Position numbers and translations under genes: made by a program. A DNA stretch of 64,000 nucleotides from Octopus sinensis (taxonomy: Eukaryota), in NCBI RefSeq assembly GCF_006345805.1, contig NC_043003.1:28024001-28088000 (forward strand), read 5' to 3'. Shown here piece after piece: positions 37,595 through 49,798 of the stretch; position 1 is the first letter of the stretch, and every line of letters begins with the position of its first letter. The notes under the pieces are model-generated. The model was not told where the DNA came from. It ran no database searches and worked only from the letters and a program-made list of their open reading frames with translations.

Positions 37595-38922
37595 TTAACT
37601 GTGAAGGCACATGGCTCAGTGGTTAGAGTGTCAGGCTCACATTCATGAGGTAATGAGTTCAATTCCTGGACCGGGCTGTGTGTTGTGTTATTGAGCAAGA
37701 CACTTTATTTCACATTCTTCCAGTTCTCTCAGCTGTAGAAAGTAGTTGTGACATTACCGGTGCCAAGCTGTATCAGTTTTTGTCTTTCCTTTGGATAACA
37801 TTTGTGGTGTAGAGAGGGAAGGCTTGTATACATGGGCAACTGCTGGTCTTCCATAAACAACCTTGCCTGGTCTTGTGCCTCAGTGGAGAACTTTCTAGGT
37901 GCAATCCTATGGTCATTCATGACTGAAGCAGGGGTCTTTACTCTTAATAGGTTAAATATAAAACACAAAAAAAAAGACAGCATGGTCAGAAATGGAATGT
38001 CTTTGATCATAGGTCTGTTTGATTGGTCAGAGTTCTTTTAGTGCTATTCTTTGATTTGTTACTTTGAAATGGGGCTTAAGCTGGCATCAGAAAGGGCATC
38101 TGGCCATAGAAAGACCCTACCCTAACACACTCTCATCTGTCCCATATATGTATTGAAATGTAGATATGAAAATAGGGATGATAATAGCAGCAGCAGTTGT
38201 TGTTCTCCCCAACACCACCATTACCGATGTTACTAACTAGGAACATGACAGGAGTCAACAGTCTCTGGCTCTTCAGCCTGACTGGTTGCTGCTGTGCCTC
38301 CCCGATAATCTGAATTGTCTTGAGGTTAATAAAAAATAACAACCTTCCTTGGTTAAAAATTGCAAAGTGGCTGTAATGGTCATACTATCTTTGGAAAAAA
38401 GTATGGGCCACTGCATATGCTTTGATTGACCAGGCAATAGGTCAGTGTCCACACTTTTTCTTCATTTTATGTCATAATGTTAATAAATCATCATAAAAAC
38501 ATCTTAGCAACTAATAGAAAGATTCATCTTCATCATATTTAATGTCCACTTTTCCGTGTTTTCTGTGTGTTGGACGGAGTTTATTGAGGCAGATTTTCTG
38601 TTTTGATGCCCTTCCTGTCACCAACCCTCACCTATTTCCTACCCTCCCCAATGCAAGATATGTTCTTGCAGATTGTTGGAAATGAATGACACTGCTTGTA
38701 TGACAGGGACACTCATTTACGACTATCACGTGATTTCAAGAGACACAAACACACACACATATACACATATGTACATATATAGCTTGTCATATGCATATAC
38801 ATTATCGTTTAATGTCCACCTTCGATGCTAATATGGGTTGGATGGTTTGACAGGAGCCAGCCAGGTAGAAGACTACTCCAGGCTGCTGTCTGTTTTCATA
38901 CATATACACACACACACACACA

Positions 38923-38965
<43 letters not shown>

Positions 38966-39639
38966 CTGATTTTGTTTTGGTTTCCATCTACTAAATCCAC
39001 TCACAATGTTTTGGTCAGCCCATGGCTATAGTAGAAAACACTTGCTCTGCAGAGACTGAACCTGGAACCATGTGGTTGGGAAGCAATTCTCTTACCACCC
39101 AACTGTGCCTGAATCCATAAAAGCAGATATTAAAATAAAACTTCCAAAATAAACGTGCAATAAGGTCATAAATAAAAATAAAAATGGTCTTGCTACTAGG
39201 AATACAAGAATTTGTGAATCATCATTAAAGCACTTACTAGAGATCATTAAAAAAAACTTATTACCAATCTTTAAAAAAAAAATATAAGATTTCTTATTGA
39301 TCATTAAAAAAACAAATGACTTGCTGCAGGTGATAAACATGGTATTACAGTTTGGTCATTAATAATTTACTGCAAGTCATAAATATGTTATGCCAGTCAT
39401 AAGTTATGTCAGTCATAAACTGTGTGACAATATAAAATCACCGTAGCTCATAAATTCTGTGTTTAGATGCTTGTTGCTGTTTGTTTAACCCTAGGCCTGT
39501 TCTGATCAAGCAGGTATAAAATTAACCCTTTTACTGTGGAAATCAGTAGAAGACACTTTGAGCAAGTGTCTCCTACTTTAGCCCTGGGTTGACCAAAGCC
39601 TTGTGAGTGGATTTGATAGATAGAAAATGCAAGAAGCCT

Positions 39640-39709
<70 letters not shown>

Positions 39710-39735
39710 ATATTATGTATATATATGTATATATA

Positions 39736-40140
39736 GGCGCAGGAGTGGCTGTGTGGTAAGTAGCTTGTTTACCAACCACATGGTTCCGGGTTCAGTCCCA
39801 CTGCGTGGCACCTTGGGCAAGTGCCTTCTACCATAGCCTTGGGCCGACCAAAGCCTTGTGAGTGGATTTGGTAGATGGAAACTGAAAGAAGCCCGTCGTA
39901 TATATGTATATATATGTGTGTGTGTGTTTGTGTGTCTATGTTTGTCCCCCTAGAATTGCTTGACAACCGATGCTGGTGTGTTTACGTCCCCGTCACTTAA
40001 CGGTTCGGCAAAAGAGACTGATAGAATAAGTACTGGGCTTACAAAAGAATAAGTCCTGGGGTCGAGTTGCTCGATTAAAGGCAGTGCTCCAGCATGGCCG
40101 CAGTCAAATGACTGAAACAATTAAAAAAAAAGAGTAAAAA
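39736..40140 (+). mobile_element. SINE family B copy (young-looking)
   Basis: ggcgcaggagtggctgtgtggtaag ... gactgaaacaattaaaaaaaaagagtaaaaa; immediately precedes the hammerhead palindrome at 40161-40319. Confidence 0.9.
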
Positions 40141-40216
40141 AAAAGAAAAAAAAGAGAATAAATGAGATAAAAAACCAAGGCTGTGAAGATTTATGGCTTA
40201 ACCATTTTCTCACACC

Positions 40217-40264
40217 GTCTCTGATGAAGGGATATAATAAATATCCTGGAAACAGCTGTAAGAC
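40217..40264 (+). ncRNA. Type I minimal hammerhead ribozyme (Penelope-associated type)
   Basis: GUCU-CUGAUGA-A-GGGAUAU(aauaa)AUAUCCU-G-GAAA-C-AGCU-GUA^-AGAC: stem I GUCU/AGAC, 7-bp stem II, palindromic stem III ACAGCUGU, predicted cleavage after 40260. Confidence 0.8.
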
Positions 40265-40884
40265 CTTCTATTTATAAATGTTCTAAAATCTTTACAGCCT
40301 TGGTTGTTTTTATCTCATTCTGAAAAAAAATTTTGTATATGTATATATATGTGGAGGCGTAATGGCCCAGTGGTTAGGGCAGCGGACTCGCGGTCGTAGG
40401 ATCGCGGTTTCAATTCCTAGACCAGGCGTTGTGAGTGTTTATTGAGCAAAAACACCTAAAGCTCCACAAGGCTCTGGCAGGGGGGGGGCATCCTGGCTGT
40501 ATTCTTCCACCACAACTTTCTCTCACTCTTCTGTTGGCCTGCTTGCTTACCCAGTGGGGTGGCACCATTTGAAGGCTAAAACAATGCAAAGCACATTGTG
40601 ACCAGCTTTGTGTAGCAACATCTGATAGCCTGGTCGGTCACGGTGATATATATATATATATATTATATATATATATATATATATACACATACTCACACAC
40701 ACACACACATATATATATATATAATATATATATATATATTATATATTATATATATAATATTATGATATGTAGAAAAATACAAACTGTGACAAGAACGCAT
40801 ACACTTAGAAGACGATACAACAAACACAGACAGGACATTCGAAGCCCTCAGTCTTCAGTCAAGAACCGGATCATCGTAGTAATT

Positions 40885-40929
<45 letters not shown>

Positions 40930-42529
40930 GAGAGGCTATATATGTACATGTATGTATATGTGTGTGTTTGTGTCTCCACTCTGCATAGTGGTTGGTGTTA
41001 GGAAGGGCATCCAGCTGTAAAAGAACATGCCAAAACAGACGCAGAAGTCTGGTGCAGTCTTCTGCCTGACCAGTTCCTGGCAAATCATTCAACCCATTCC
41101 AGCATGGAAGAAAGAAGTTAGATGATGATGATGATGATGGTGACGGTGATGAAATCAATTGTATCCATTCAAAAGCAGTATTATATACCAATCTATCTTT
41201 TTTTTTGAGGAATGTCATGTTTGAAGCTATTTTTTGTGAAGATATGTCAAGTTTATTGAGGCTGCGTGACTTGCAGAAAATACCAATTCTGTTATTTGTT
41301 TTTTGTAGATATTTAACATTCTTACTGGAATAACCTTCAAATTTAATTTCACACTGAAAGGGTTAATGGTATTCTGACAATAACCATGTTTGTGGAATGG
41401 ACCTGCAAAAGTGGGGGAAGATGTGAGAAACGTTCAATGTTGGTCTGAGTTGGGGATGCTCAATATTTATATGGATGGTGCTTGTGGGTCGTATCAGTGG
41501 TGAAAGGTTATGCTGGAGGAAACCCACCAAACACATGCAATTATAGTAGGATTTGAACTGAAAATGTTAAGGTATTATCATCATCATCATCATCATGATA
41601 CAATTCGTCATCAGATATACAATGATGACACAATTTCATACCAATCTTCTAATTATTGAGATAGCTGCTAATAAAATATCGACATAATTATTGGGATATG
41701 TGACACATTTGTCACTGTCAGACAAGAGAAGTATTAGTAATTTTAACTGTTACCATCATCGTCTCATATATCCAGTTTTCATGTTGGCAATGGGTTGGAC
41801 GGTCCCACAGGATCCAATGAGTTGGAGCACTGCATTGAGTTCCTTTCCTACATGGCACCAGGCCAGCAAGTTTGAGGGAGGAGTAAGTTGATTACATCAA
41901 ACCCCCCTCCCCCTCCAGTGCTCATCTGGTACCTATTTTATCAGACCTGAAAGGATGAAAGGCAAAGACGACCTCAGCAGAATTTGAACTCATAATATAT
42001 ACACAGACAAAATGCCACTCAGCATTCTGCCCAGTGTGCTAACGATTCTGCCAACTCACTTCCTTGGATACCTGAAATAATGGTTTTAAACTTTGGCACA
42101 AGGCCAGCAATTTCGGGGGAGTGGGTAAGTCATTTATATTGACCCCAGTGCTCAACTGCTACTTACTTTATCGACCCTTAAAAGATGAAAGGCAAAGCCA
42201 ACCTCATGGAATTTGAAGTCAAAATGTAGAGACAAGCAAAATGGCTCTAAGTATTTTGCCCCCCCATACTTCTTCCAGCTCATCACCTTGGATACCCTTA
42301 ATAATGCCAACCACCTTACAGAGTGTACTGGGTGCTCTTTTGTTTTGATTTTTGTTTTCCATGGTATTGGCACAAATGAGGAGTTTATATTATACTTATG
42401 TTACTCTTCTGGCTTAGTCCTTCTGCCTTTTTGACGTTAGAAATGATAAAAACCACATGGGTTAGGAATTAGAAATAAAAAGGAATCACTACAAAATTAT
42501 ATAAAATATATATATATATATATATACGT

Positions 42530-42815
42530 AAAAGCACCGTTCGAGCATGGCAGTTACTAGCGTCGCCTGACTGGCGTCCGTGTCGGTGACACATAAAAGC
42601 ACCAACCGATCGTGGCCATTTGCCAGCCTGCGCTGGCTCCTGTGCCAGTGGCATGTAAAAAAACACCCACTACACTCACGGAGTGGTTGGCATTAGGAAG
42701 GGCATCCAGCTGTAGAAACACTGCCAAATCAGACTGGAGCCTGGTGCAGCCTCCATGGCTTACCAGACCCCAGTCGAACTGTCCAACCCATGCTAGCATG
42801 GAGAATAGACGTTAA

Positions 42816-42847
<32 letters not shown>
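42530..42847 (+). mobile_element. SINE/short retroposon family D with RTE-like 3' end and (GAT)n tail
   Basis: ...ggcattaggaagggcatccagctgtagaaac...aacccatgctagcatggagaatagacgttaaatgatgatgat. Fragments at ~12320-12450, 12725-12870, 13010-13190, 23605-23830, 38800-38900, 40980-41150, 43280-43440 and 50790-50880. Confidence 0.7.
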
Positions 42848-42848
42848 A

Positions 42849-43239
42849 TATTTATATATAAGCTGAAGTTGTCTGTGTGTGGCAGGTTTGGTAGCCTTCA
42901 ACTAACATTATCTCCTCTGAGACCCTGCGGCACAAGTTGACCAAAATTGAGAGTATGATAGAAGAAGGCTTGCTCTTCATTCTGTTGAAGATAAAATTCA
43001 AATCGGATGATGTTAAGACCAAAAATTATTTACATCAAGAAGGTGCTTTTTTTCTATGAAAATCCCTATTTTTTAATAATTTTTTTACTGCTGTGTCGCC
43101 ATTTTTTTGGTGTATTTCAACCAGAAAAATATTCACTTAGAGAGAATAACAAGCTACATAATGCAAAATTTTTCCTTTTCAAAAATTCCAATTCTAAAGG
43201 GTCGAAACAAACCCGAGCAATGCCGGGCGATACTGCTAG
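42849..43239 (+). mobile_element. Non-autonomous Helitron-like element
   Basis: The 3' end has the hairpin cccg-agcaatgc-cggg (43212-43227) followed 8 nt later by CTAG|T (43236-43240). The 5' end reads tatatataagctgaagttgtctgtgtgt, typical of non-autonomous helitron starts. No TSD or TIR. Confidence 0.7.
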
Positions 43240-43434
43240 TATATATATATATAGATATATATATATATATATATCATCATCATCATTGTTTAGCATCTGC
43301 TTTCCATGCTAACATGGGTTGGACGGTTCAACTGGGGTCTGTGAAGCCAGAAGGCTGCATCAGGCCCAGTCTGATCTGGCAGTGTTTCTACGGCTGGATG
43401 CCCTTCCTAACGCCAACCACTCCGTGAGTGTAGT

Positions 43435-43470
<36 letters not shown>

Positions 43471-43870
43471 GGGTATGATGTAGAATTAGTTTGACATTAA
43501 TTATCATTTTATATTATGAAGTGTATGCAGAGTTGGGTGGAGGCTGTTGTGAAGAGAGAGAGAGAGAGAGAGAGAAGAGAAGTGCGGTGGGGTGTCTATT
43601 TTACACCACTTTTCTTTCTCTGTTACACTATCTTCTCACCCACCCCTTCTAACTTCCGCTTCTTCCTCCTCTTCCTCTTTCTTCTTCTCGTGTTTCTCCT
43701 CCTCTTCCTCTGTTGTCTGTCTAGAGGCGATAAAAGAATGGATCATGTCTGCTGATGACAACCAATGAAACTAAAAGTTTTCTTTAAAAAAAAAACAAAC
43801 AAGCCTAACCAAACCAAATGACTAAACTAAAGCAATAAACACATACACACACACACATGAACACATACAA

Positions 43871-43902
<32 letters not shown>

Positions 43903-44548
43903 GAACACACGCAGACACAAAATTCATAAACTTACACATAAATGAACACGAACATATACAAATTCACATGTACCTCAAACGCCCCCACATACACACGCAT
44001 GCATACAGATATACACCACAAACCAACACACACCACACACACACACACAGACATACAAATAGATAGATAAACAGACAGACTGATAGATAGATAAACAGAG
44101 AGGGAGAGAAAGAGATAGATAGATACACACACACACACACAATCACACACACACTTATATACATGGACATGCAGATACATAAACACACACACACACACAA
44201 ACTGCATACACAAACATACCTACATATACAAACACAAAACACACACACACACATAAAACAAGTAGTGGTTGTAGTGTAGGTAGAAGTTGTACTGGTGTTT
44301 TAGTAGTTGCGGGTGTAGTATTGGTAGTTGTAGTGTTCTGGTGATGCTGTGTTATTATAGTGTGGGTAGTAGTGGATGGTTACAGTGTAGTGTAGTGCTG
44401 GTAGTAGTGCTAAGTGGTTGTGGTTGTAGCGTGATAGTGGCGGTGGTAGTGAATCTTCATTGTTGTAGTAGTTATTGCTGTTTAACCCTATAATCAAAAG
44501 CAATCCAGCATGACCACTCTGTCTTTTACAAAACTGCAAACAAATAGG

Positions 44549-45318
44549 CAGAGGTGTGGCTATGTGGTAAGAAGATTGCTTCTGAACCACATGGTTCCAG
44601 GTTCAGTCCCATTGGATGGCACTTTGGGCCGACCAAAGCCTTGTGTGTGGATTTTGTAGATGCAACCTGAAAGAAACCCATTGTATATGTGTGTATGTGT
44701 GTATCTTCTTTACTCTCTTTTACTCTTTTACTTGTTTCTGTCATCAACCCCAGGACTTATTCTTTGTAAGCCTAGTATTTATTCTATTGGTCTCTTTTGC
44801 TGAACTGCTAAGATATGGGGACTTAAACACACCACCATTGGTTGTCAAGCGATGTTGGAGGGACAAACACAGACACACAAAACACACACACACACATATA
44901 TGTATACATATATACAACGGGCTTCTTTCAGTTTCCATCTACCAAATCCACTCGCAAAGCTTTGGTTGTCCCAAAGCTATATTAGAAGACACTTGCCCAA
45001 AGTGCCATGCAGTGGGACTGAACCCAGAACCATGTGGTTGGTAAGCAAGCCACTTACCACATAGCCATTATATATTGTATATATGTATGTGTGTGTCTTT
45101 GTGTCTATGTTTGTCTCCCCCCTATCACTGCTTGACAACTGGTATTGGTATGTTTACATCCCCGTAACTTAGCAGTTTGGCAGAAGTGACTGATAGAATA
45201 AGTACGAGTCTTGAGAAATAAGTCCTGGTGTTGATATGTTCTACTAAAACCATTCAAAGTGGTGCTCCAGCATGGACACTGTCAAATGACTGAAACAAGT
45301 AAAAATAGAAATAAAAGT
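44549..45318. mobile_element. Nested family B SINEs: a minus-strand copy (44710-45067) inside a plus-strand copy (44549-44705 + 45070-45318)
   Basis: The + head stops at its (TG)n, a complete - copy follows, then the + tail resumes. Confidence 0.8.
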
Positions 45319-47089
45319 ATGAAGAGCACAGCATCACATTATCCAATATACCCCACCACTTTCTTTTTCTTTTGATGATAGGTGAATGTGATTTAAGGGA
45401 GATTTGACTGCTATTTCTAGCAGATCCCATGACCTTATAGAAACTTGGTGTAGTGTGAGCAAAGATGCTTGTTGTTATTGTTTAGCCCCGTGCCAGACTT
45501 ATTGATCAAAGGCATCCCAGTTGTGATAATCCTGTCTTTTGTGCGTGCGTGTGTGTGTGTGTGTGTATAGGTTTTTCTTTAGGCACAATGTATCTGGGAC
45601 TACTTTATCCAGTGTGTTTTCCTCTTTTAAGCTAGTAGGTTATGGCATGAGGGATAGTTATCTGCTAGTTCTAGCATTGTAGTAGCTTCTTCATTGGCAA
45701 GTGTTGGTTAATAGTAGTGATGGTTTTAAATTGTGTTGTGGTTCTGGTGATAGTGTGGTGGTGGTGGTGGTGGTGGTGGTGGCAGTGGTTTGTAAGCATG
45801 GTGACAGTGTAGTGGGAGGGTGGTGGTGGTTGGACAGGTAGTGGAGGTTGGATGTTGTATTGATTGGTTGGGGTGAATGTTGGGAGAGGGGTAGTGGTGA
45901 TAAACAGGAAACTGTTTCTTTTATACATGTGTGTGTGTATATATATGAGTGTACATATATGTGTGTGCGTTTGTATTTGTGTATATGCATGTGTATTTAT
46001 GTATCTATGTATGTGTATTTGTGTGAGTGTGTGTGTGACTATATACATGACTATATGTATGTTTCTGAAGATATGTGTGTGTGTGTATGTGTGCATGCAT
46101 GTATACATGTTTATATATATGTGTGTGTATTAAAGCAAGTTGTTTATATATATATAAATATATTTAGAAATGTATTTTAAACACAAATATTAATTCATCG
46201 GGTATTCAAAATACAAACATCATCATCATCATCAACAACAACTACAACAACCTCAGCAACAATAAGAACAACATCAGCATATCTGTGAAAACGGAAGCTA
46301 TTCATATAGAACTGTTTGTTAAATTCCTGTGTATGGTTTCAATATAAATTGATGGAGAAGCACAGGTATAAATGTGTGTGTGTGTGTGTGTATGTGTGCG
46401 TGTGTGCATGCGTGTGTAATTGTAGAATATTGATTGTTTTTCTTTTTGACATTTTTGTATAAATATTTATAGCTTGTTTATATTTAAATAATTATTTTAC
46501 TCCATCCCCTCCCCCTTACACTTCCGCCCTCCATCTGTTGGCTATCATAAAGAGATATTTCTGATTTCAATTTTACATTTTATTTTTCTGATTATACACA
46601 CATATGTACATACATGCATTCATCAATCCATCTGTACACATTCATGCACACACACATACATACATGCAGAATATAAATTGTATGTTTAAATATACATCTC
46701 ACACCTAAATTGTATGTACAAATACACACACATACACAAATTTGTATGTATGAACACACATAAATACATAAAAACTTACACACATATGAATTTATACACA
46801 CACACACACGCGCATTCATTCATATGTATATGTGTGTGGATTATTGAAAACTGTAACTCCAGAAAATGTTATTCCAAGTTTATTGTTTCCACTCTTTGGA
46901 TGATTACGGAGAATAGAACATAAATGTGTTTCATGTGTAATAGGCATACAATAGAGATTTTTTAATACAACTAGTATTGATTGGTTAAAATAAAACATGC
47001 CAGTTTGTGTAAGTTAAATATTATTATGAAAAGCTTTAAAAAAATTTTTTAAATGTGTGTGTGAATGTAAAAAATATAAAAATAGAAAT

Positions 47090-48475
47090 TGCAATTATAT
47101 TAGCTTTTCATTAAAGCATATTTTCATAGCAAATATGGAAAAACTTATTCTAAAATAGACCACTTGACTTTAAACCCTGTGCAAATGTACTTGGAAGGGC
47201 TTGTTATAAACTTGTTTCGTTAAATTTTTATATCAGTGACTATTTTCATAAAAACAGGCCTTGAAAGAATTTTTGTTCAATTCAATATAGGCTTTAGCAG
47301 TTGATATTTTCTAATTATACCTTAACCCTTTCGTTGCTGTATTTATTTTGAGATGCTCTGTGTTTCTTTCAATTACTTTAAATGTAACAAAGAATTTAAT
47401 AGAATAACTTAGTTATCATTCAGCTTGTGTCAGGAACATAAATTGTGACTAAGGTTTGGTGGAAGATTTTAATTCAGAGCTTATGAAAACAACACATTTG
47501 TACTCAGAGCCAGAGCCGATTTCAGCCAGGCTGGTAATGAAAGGGTTAATACAGTATACTGAGCCATTCATGGGACAGTTACCATTAAGTGGGCAATTAT
47601 TTGGAGCAATGATATTACAGTTAAGGGAATATATTACAGTATTATTGTTATTTGAAACGGTTTTAGATTTGATATGAGCTTCCATACTTCTACAGCAAGA
47701 ATTGCTTACCCTAATTGGGTTTCATTTGAAAAACTTTTGATATCTATGATTCACAGGGAAATGAAATAAATTTTTGGAAATATGAATTCATATATTTAAG
47801 CTATAAGTTTGATTATACCATAGAATATTTCTTGGTTGGTTATTATACTTAGGAACATTAAATCAGGATGTGCATTGTATATTATATGTAAACTACACTT
47901 GTGAAAACTATAATTATAATAATGAAAAGCACTAATAATTGTAGCTTCATCTGAGATTATGGTAATCTTTGTTTGAGATTAAATTTTATTGATAGATAGT
48001 TGATTGGATATCTTATATGAAATAATTTTTCATTTGGGCAAAATTAATTCATCTCTGAATTTAAAATAACATTCAAAAAATTAATCGCTCTAAGATTAGT
48101 GTCAACTGTAATTCATAATCCTATTTCACTAAATAATTTTATGAAGTTTTTATTCTAAATCTGTTTAATCCATAACCATTCATATTATACAAGACTGTAA
48201 GCTTTCATCTCTGGGTAAACCTCATTTCAAGGTAGAAAGTCTTTCAGGCAGAAGGTCAAAAATATAGATTCCTATAATTTTGTATTATTCATTTTTTTTT
48301 TTTTTGCTAGGATGCATAACTGAAAAATCAAAGGATTTTCCTGGTATACATAGCATCAAACTGAGTGAATTTAGTATATGCTTCTTCATTATATCTAATT
48401 CATTTTAATAAGATTGATTAACCTATATTTAGGGTGAATAGTGAAAGTAAGTTTGTGATCTTTAAAAGTAATGTA
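47090..48475 (-). mobile_element. Decayed Penelope-like retroelement ORF (RT + Cys linker + GIY-YIG endonuclease), interrupted by a TTAA MITE
   Basis: Minus-strand translation across stops and frameshifts gives PLE motifs in the correct order: ITFKDHK..RLIN (~48470), GLPRDE (YRDD motif, ~48210), KLFSEIGL*ITVDTNLRAINFLNV (~48100), RNILWYN (~47820), HFPVNHRYQKFF..IRVSNSC (~47750), CN..NCPLNGNC..SVY (~47580); then beyond the MITE AYIELNKNSFK (GIY-YIG), SKYI, KWSILE, CFNEKLI (~47100). Confidence 0.85.
47326..47545. mobile_element. 220-bp piggyBac-type MITE (family M1)
   Basis: TTAA duplicated at 47322-47325 and 47546-47549; TIRs ccctttcgttgc / gtaatgaaaggg; inserted into the Penelope ORF. Confidence 0.9.
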
Positions 48476-48484
48476 TGATATATG

Positions 48485-48905
48485 TTCCGCTATGCTCAAA
48501 ATGCAAGGAAGGAGTAGATAAAAACTCCATATGGTGGACTCAGTATGATTATGGGTGCATGAGGTGTACTGGGATCAAAAGCAGGCTGACTGTGAATACA
48601 GACTTTTTATGTGGCTGATGTGCAGGAGTAGTTAGCAGTCAGAACAATAAGGTAAATTTTGTTCAGTGCTTGGATGGTTTCTTGAGTATACTTAACAGCT
48701 TCTAATACCTAGGTAATGTAAACAACTGCAGATGAAGATGTTCTGAGAACATAGTATCAAGAATAAGAACAAGGTGGAAAAAATTCAGTGAGCTTATAAC
48801 CTTTGTTTTATCAGCAAGGGGACCCTTTCTTTGTGCAAAGGGTAAATTATATGTTGCTAGTGTACAGACTGTGATGGTGCATAGTAGTGGAACATGGGTA
48901 CTGAA
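48485..48905 (+). mobile_element. Decayed RTE-clade LINE fragment (post-YADD RT region with Cys-rich insert)
   Basis: Translates CSKCKEGVDKNSIWWTQ..GCMRCTGIKSRL..FLCG*CAG..SF*YLG..CSENIVSRIRTRWKKFSEL..AKGKLYVASVQTVMVHSSGTWV, matching the RTE YLG..RI..GW.KF.EL..KG.LY..ML.GSETW pattern. Confidence 0.75.
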
Positions 48906-49094
48906 TACAAAAAAACGCATTGTTGCAGGCATAGCTGTGTGGTTAAAAAGCTCGCTTTGCAACCACATGGTTTCAGGTTCAGTCCCATTGCACAGCACCT
49001 TCGACAAGTGCCTTCCACTTTTGCCCCAGGTGACCAATGCTTTGTGAGTGAATTTGGTCGGTGGAAACTATGTAGAAGCCTGTCATAGAGAGAA

Positions 49095-49315
49095 CAAACA
49101 AGGACAGACAAAAGGATTAAGTCGATTACATTGACCCCAGCGCGTAACTGGTACTTAATTCATCAACCCCGAAAGGATGAAAAGCAAAGTCAACCTCGGT
49201 GGAATTTGAACTCACAATGTAACGGCAGACGAAATACCACTAGAACGTAATGGCAGATGAAATATCACTAAGCATTTCAACTAGCATGCAAATGTTTCTG
49301 CCAGCTTGCCGCCTT
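49095..49315 (-). mobile_element. SINE family A copy
   Basis: Reverse complement of the family A consensus with a short internal duplication (cggcagacgaaatacc / tggcagatgaaatatc). Confidence 0.8.
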
Positions 49316-49611
49316 GGTTTGATAGGATCCGAAGAGCTGTAGGATTGCGTCAAACTCCACTGCCAGTTTTGGCATAGTTTCTATGGCTGGATGCCCTTCC
49401 TAATTCTAACCACTTTACTGTGTGTATTAGGTATTTTTTTTTTTTCCATTTATTCAATTTCTGTCTAATCGGTTTCATTCGGTAAATGACCCTGGCACAA
49501 GATGCCAACATAGCAAAATTGAAACTGAGACCTCAGGATTGTAAAGTAAACTTCTTAACCATCTGACAACACTGTACCTCATGGCTATAAAATGTTTGTA
49601 ATCTGGGGAAA

Positions 49612-49663
<52 letters not shown>

Positions 49664-49760
49664 ACGGGAAGCTTTATGAAAATAAACAAAAGACGAAGGC
49701 AGGTGGAATACAAACAAACAATTGTATTAGTATGGTGCTCAGGAATATAAATAAAACAAG

Positions 49761-49798
49761 TCTTTTATGTTTCGAGCCTACGCTCTTCAACAGAAAGA
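49761..49798 (-). ncRNA. Minimal type I hammerhead, A6U core variant, damaged at the cleavage triplet
   Basis: The minus strand reads UCUUU-CUGUUGA-A-GAGC(guag)GCUC-GAAAC-AUA-AAAGA. ACAU is one CpG transition away from the palindromic ACGU stem III. It lies in a Penelope-LTR-like segment (~49662-49800). Confidence 0.6.

Noticed and set aside
40790-40885. Penelope-terminus-like segment with CTGAAGA and GAAT on the minus strand
   Set aside because: It cannot be folded into a hammerhead with consistent stems; left uncalled.
41410-41490. NVGLSWGCSIFYMDG, similar to the RTE RT motif VGLRQGC..FNIYMDG
   Set aside because: Too short and internally deleted to support a feature call; probably a tiny LINE relic.
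43747-43775. CTGATGA...GAAAC hammerhead-like words (also CTGATGA at ~20373 and on the minus strand at ~14680)
   Set aside because: No pairing for stem I or stem II (or no GAAA); chance or too decayed to call.
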